Part shown: one piece after another, positions 60,776-64,000 of the stretch
Layout of the letters: each line of letters opens with the position of its first letter
Position numbering within the stretch: the stretch's first letter is position 1
Origin: Macrostomum lignano
Taxonomy: Eukaryota
NCBI GenBank assembly: GCA_002269645.1
Contig: NIVC01001071.1
Coordinates: forward strand, 179,228-243,227
Length of the DNA stretch: 64,000 nt
Direction: 5' to 3'
Program-made: the position numbers and the translations under genes
The notes under the pieces: model-generated
Database searches by the model: none
Told to the model about the DNA's origin: nothing
What the model saw: only the letters and a program-made list of their open reading frames with translations

Positions 60776-63585
60776 GTGTCAATCTTAGCTAGTTCATGCC
60801 ATAGCGAGTTTATGGCGCAAATGGCGTCGCGACTTGGTGACCTACCCCTGGACAACCCGGAACGCGCTCTGACATGGCTCAAGGCGTTCGGTGCGTTGGC
60901 CCGTGCCAAGGACTGGAAAGATGCAGATGGTGATCGTTGCATCGCAAACAACTTCGTGGCTACATGCGGACTCGCTGCTCTGGAAAAGCTCGGAAATCTC
61001 GTGGCCCCAAAGGAAGTCGAATCCCTGACTTACGCTGAGCTCGAGACGGCTATTTGCTCATATCTTTAGCCGCAAGAGAAGCTGACAATCGCTGAGCGTA
61101 CAAAATTCTTTGGCATTCGCCAAACGGAGGGTGAATCGATCTGCGACTTCCTCGCGCGACTTCGCAAGGCGGCTACCGACTGTAAGTTTGACGCTCTCCG
61201 CACCTCTACGAGCCCCGCCGAAGAGCTGATTCGTCTGGCGCTTATCGCAGGCATGCGTGATCCGAAAGATCAACAGCGTGTACTAGAAGCCATGCACAGC
61301 ACCGAAATGGCCATCCCGGACATAATAAAACTTGTACAGAGACTAGAACAAGTTACTACCTTCGTTTCAAATCGCCCGACGCCAGCGATTCCAACTCCAG
61401 GCTCCTTTGCTTCAGAAGCTGCACTGGTAAACTATGCGCATTCGCACCGTCCGGTTCATTCCAATGCCCTACAGCGGACTATAAAGAATTGTAAGTACTG
61501 CGGCAAGACGCACCCAGATGGAAAGTGTCCGGCATTCGGTAAAATCTGTTCCAACTGCTCCAAGAAGAATCACTTCAGTTCGGTTTGTCGCTCTCGCAGC
61601 CAAAAGCCTGTGCACAGTATCACGGATACCCCGCAATCTGAGGCTTCCGAGTCACAGGATGCGCCATCGGAATCTGTTTTGCACCTCACTGATGCTGCTC
61701 GAATTCACTCGATTGACGTTGCAACTGAGAAGATAATCATCAATGGAGCTACAGTCGCAATGCAGATTGACACTGGTGCCTCCGTATCCGTCTTATCCAG
61801 CACGATGTGGGAGAAGCTGGGACGACCTCAATTGCAGAAGTGCAGTCGCAGGCTGGAAGCGTATGACGGCCACACAATGCAGGCCTTAGGAAGGTTCCCT
61901 ACCACAGTGGAGATGAACGGTCGATTTCACCCGGCCGAATTGATCGTCATCGCATCAAGAAAGCAGTACGGACTTCTTGGCCGCGATCTCTTGGAGTCAG
62001 ACCGTGTCTTTAATGTCAGCTCCCAGTCGGCGCAAACTGTTGAACCTCTACCAACGACAAAGGGCGTCAAGGCCACGATGGAACTCGTCGAAGGTGCAAA
62101 GCCGCGTTTTTGCAGAGCCCGTCCTGTGCCGATTGCCTTTGAAGATCAGGTCCATGCAGAACTGGAAAGACTGCACCAACTCGGTGTCATCGAGCCGATT
62201 GATGGCCCTGTTGAGAACTCGTCTCCCGTCGTTTGAGTCAAAAAAAGACGGCACGCTACGCATGTGCGCTGACTACAAGATGCATGTCAACGACAAGACT
62301 GAAGACTCCTATTATAAGACTTCCTAAGACTGAAGTCATGTTTTCCAAGCTGAAGAACGCAAAGAAGTTCGCCACCATTGATCTTCGCTCAGCCTATTGG
62401 CAGATAGAGCTTGACGAAGCTGCTCAAGAACTCTCGACGATTAACACCTCGCGCGGTTTATACAAGGTCAAAAGGCTTCAGATGGGCATGAAAAATGCCT
62501 CATTTATATTCCAGCGCACGATGGAAAACATCCTGTCCGACATCAAGGGCCTTCTAATCTATCAGGATGACATCCTTGTATTCGCTGAGAATGCCGCTGC
62601 ATTGGAAAAGCGACTGGCTGCGGTCAAAACACGATTGCGAGAGAAACGGGTGACAATCAACGAAGCTAAATGTATAGACTATTGCGACGTCATCTCTTTC
62701 TTGGGATTTAAGATCTCTGCTGCGGGCATCCAGCCTGACGATCGCCTAGTGGAGAAAGTGCGACAAGTTGCGCCACCAAAGGACAAAAAAGAAGTGTCGC
62801 AGTTCTTGGGTCTCGCGAACTTCTTTGGCCGTCTCATTCCCAACTTTGCGGCCAAAACAAGCGTCTTAAACCGTCTGCGAAAAGATTCGGTCCCTTTCAT
62901 TTGGGACAAGGCATGTTCCCAAGCCTTCGCCGACCTGAAGACGGCACTCAGCTCAGCACCGGTAGTCCAGCCATACAGTCTCGAGAAGGAGGTTACCCTG
63001 ACCACCGACGCATCGAAAGGCGCATTAGCCGGGGTCCTCACTCAGGATGGTCATCCCGTGATTTTTGTCTCTCGCACACTTTCCAAGGCGGAAGAGAATT
63101 ACTCCAACATTGAAAGAGAAGCTCTGGCAATCTTCTGGACGGTATTTCGACTCAAACACTATCTCCTAGGCAGGCATTTCACCGTAAAAACTGATCATCA
63201 GCCTCTTGTGCGACTTTTTGGCGACAGCATCCCAATGAATACCTCAGCCCGAATCGGTCGATGGGCGCTGGCTCTCATGCAGTTCGACTTCAACATTCAG
63301 TACGCAAGCGGTCCCTCAATACCGCACGCAGACGCTCTTTCTCGCCTACGTTTTGACGATGTGTCGATGGATTCGCCGCAGCTGTTTGAAGCCATTAACT
63401 GTGTCACCTTTGAGACTTCGACCATTGATCCGCGCCGAATTATCGCTGAGATGGACACGGATCCATTCATCCAGCGCATTCTGCAACGTGTTCGATCTGG
63501 ACAATGGCAGAACTGCTCGAAAGCGGAGGCCCAATTCAAGAAGCATGCGGAGCAGTTAACGCTGGAGGACGGCCTTCTTTTCATG
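60776..63585 (+). mobile_element. Disabled Ty3/Gypsy (Mag-like) retrotransposon internal fragment: gag, protease, RT, RNase H; no integrase or LTRs seen
   Basis: Gag with TAG at 61067, Zn-knuckle region (CKYCGKTH; CSNCSKKNHFSSVC), protease DTGAS, TGA plus frameshifts at ~62234-62330, RT YQDD, RNase H TDAS...NYSNIEREALA...TDHQPL. Confidence 0.9.
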
Positions 63586-64000
63586 CAAAGTACGAGTATG
63601 GGCTACAATTATTAATTGCATTTGCCATGCACTTCAATCCCGAAAAACCCTACTTTTAAGGCTTGCCTAAAAGCGTGCCAATATGCATTTAGTCATTAAC
63701 GCCTTCATTAGCTCACGCTCCAATTTCTGCAAAGGCCTGTGACAACAGACTCAAATTTGATATTGCCTATTGAATGGCTTGCTTAATACGCAAATAAAAA
63801 TGCATAAAAATTACTGAGGAAACACTAGCTTTAGTAATGAAGTTTTATTCAACTGTCTGTGTCTGAAGGTGTATTAAAACTGTTCAAGAAGATCTTTAAA
63901 AAAAACGACCTGTGACGATGTTAAAGGAGATTAATATTGAATTGATGCTGTATAAGCCGTAACAGCATGTGACCGAGACCGCACTGTCCAGCGACCAATC

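Noticed and set aside
61067-61069. TAG in Gypsy gag as programmed read-through
   Set aside because: It lies mid-gag rather than at the gag-pol boundary, and the element has further stops and frameshifts; simple decay.

Overview
Eukaryotic (metazoan) genomic DNA with GC-rich exons, GT-AG introns and a very high density of minisatellites. The style suggests a free-living flatworm such as Macrostomum, but that is inference only. The centrepiece is a divergently transcribed (head-to-head) pair of complete fibrillar collagen alpha-chain genes. One is on the minus strand (10774-19243, 12 exons, ~1281 aa, with a 16-residue interruption mid-helix). The other is on the plus strand (21391-32219, 17 exons, ~1363 aa, with a 1014-residue major helix and a C-terminal tail). 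Both C-propeptides have only 6 Cys. Other genes: the last exon of a SOCS-box protein, a two-exon coiled-coil protein, two tandem intronless PAN/Apple + C-type lectin genes sharing an identical 317-bp core, a RING-CH protein without TM helices, a C17orf98/SPMAP1-like gene, a MAT2B-like gene whose first visible exon has no ATG, an atypical class IV sirtuin, and a C-type lectin + PAN gene surrounded by its own fragments. Mobile DNA: MITE-like elements, a tRNA-derived SINE, a decayed RTE-like LINE, and a disabled LTR-less Ty3/Gypsy internal fragment flanked by a 53-bp direct repeat. All exon models were built by eye from splice motifs and frame continuity; no database searches were run.
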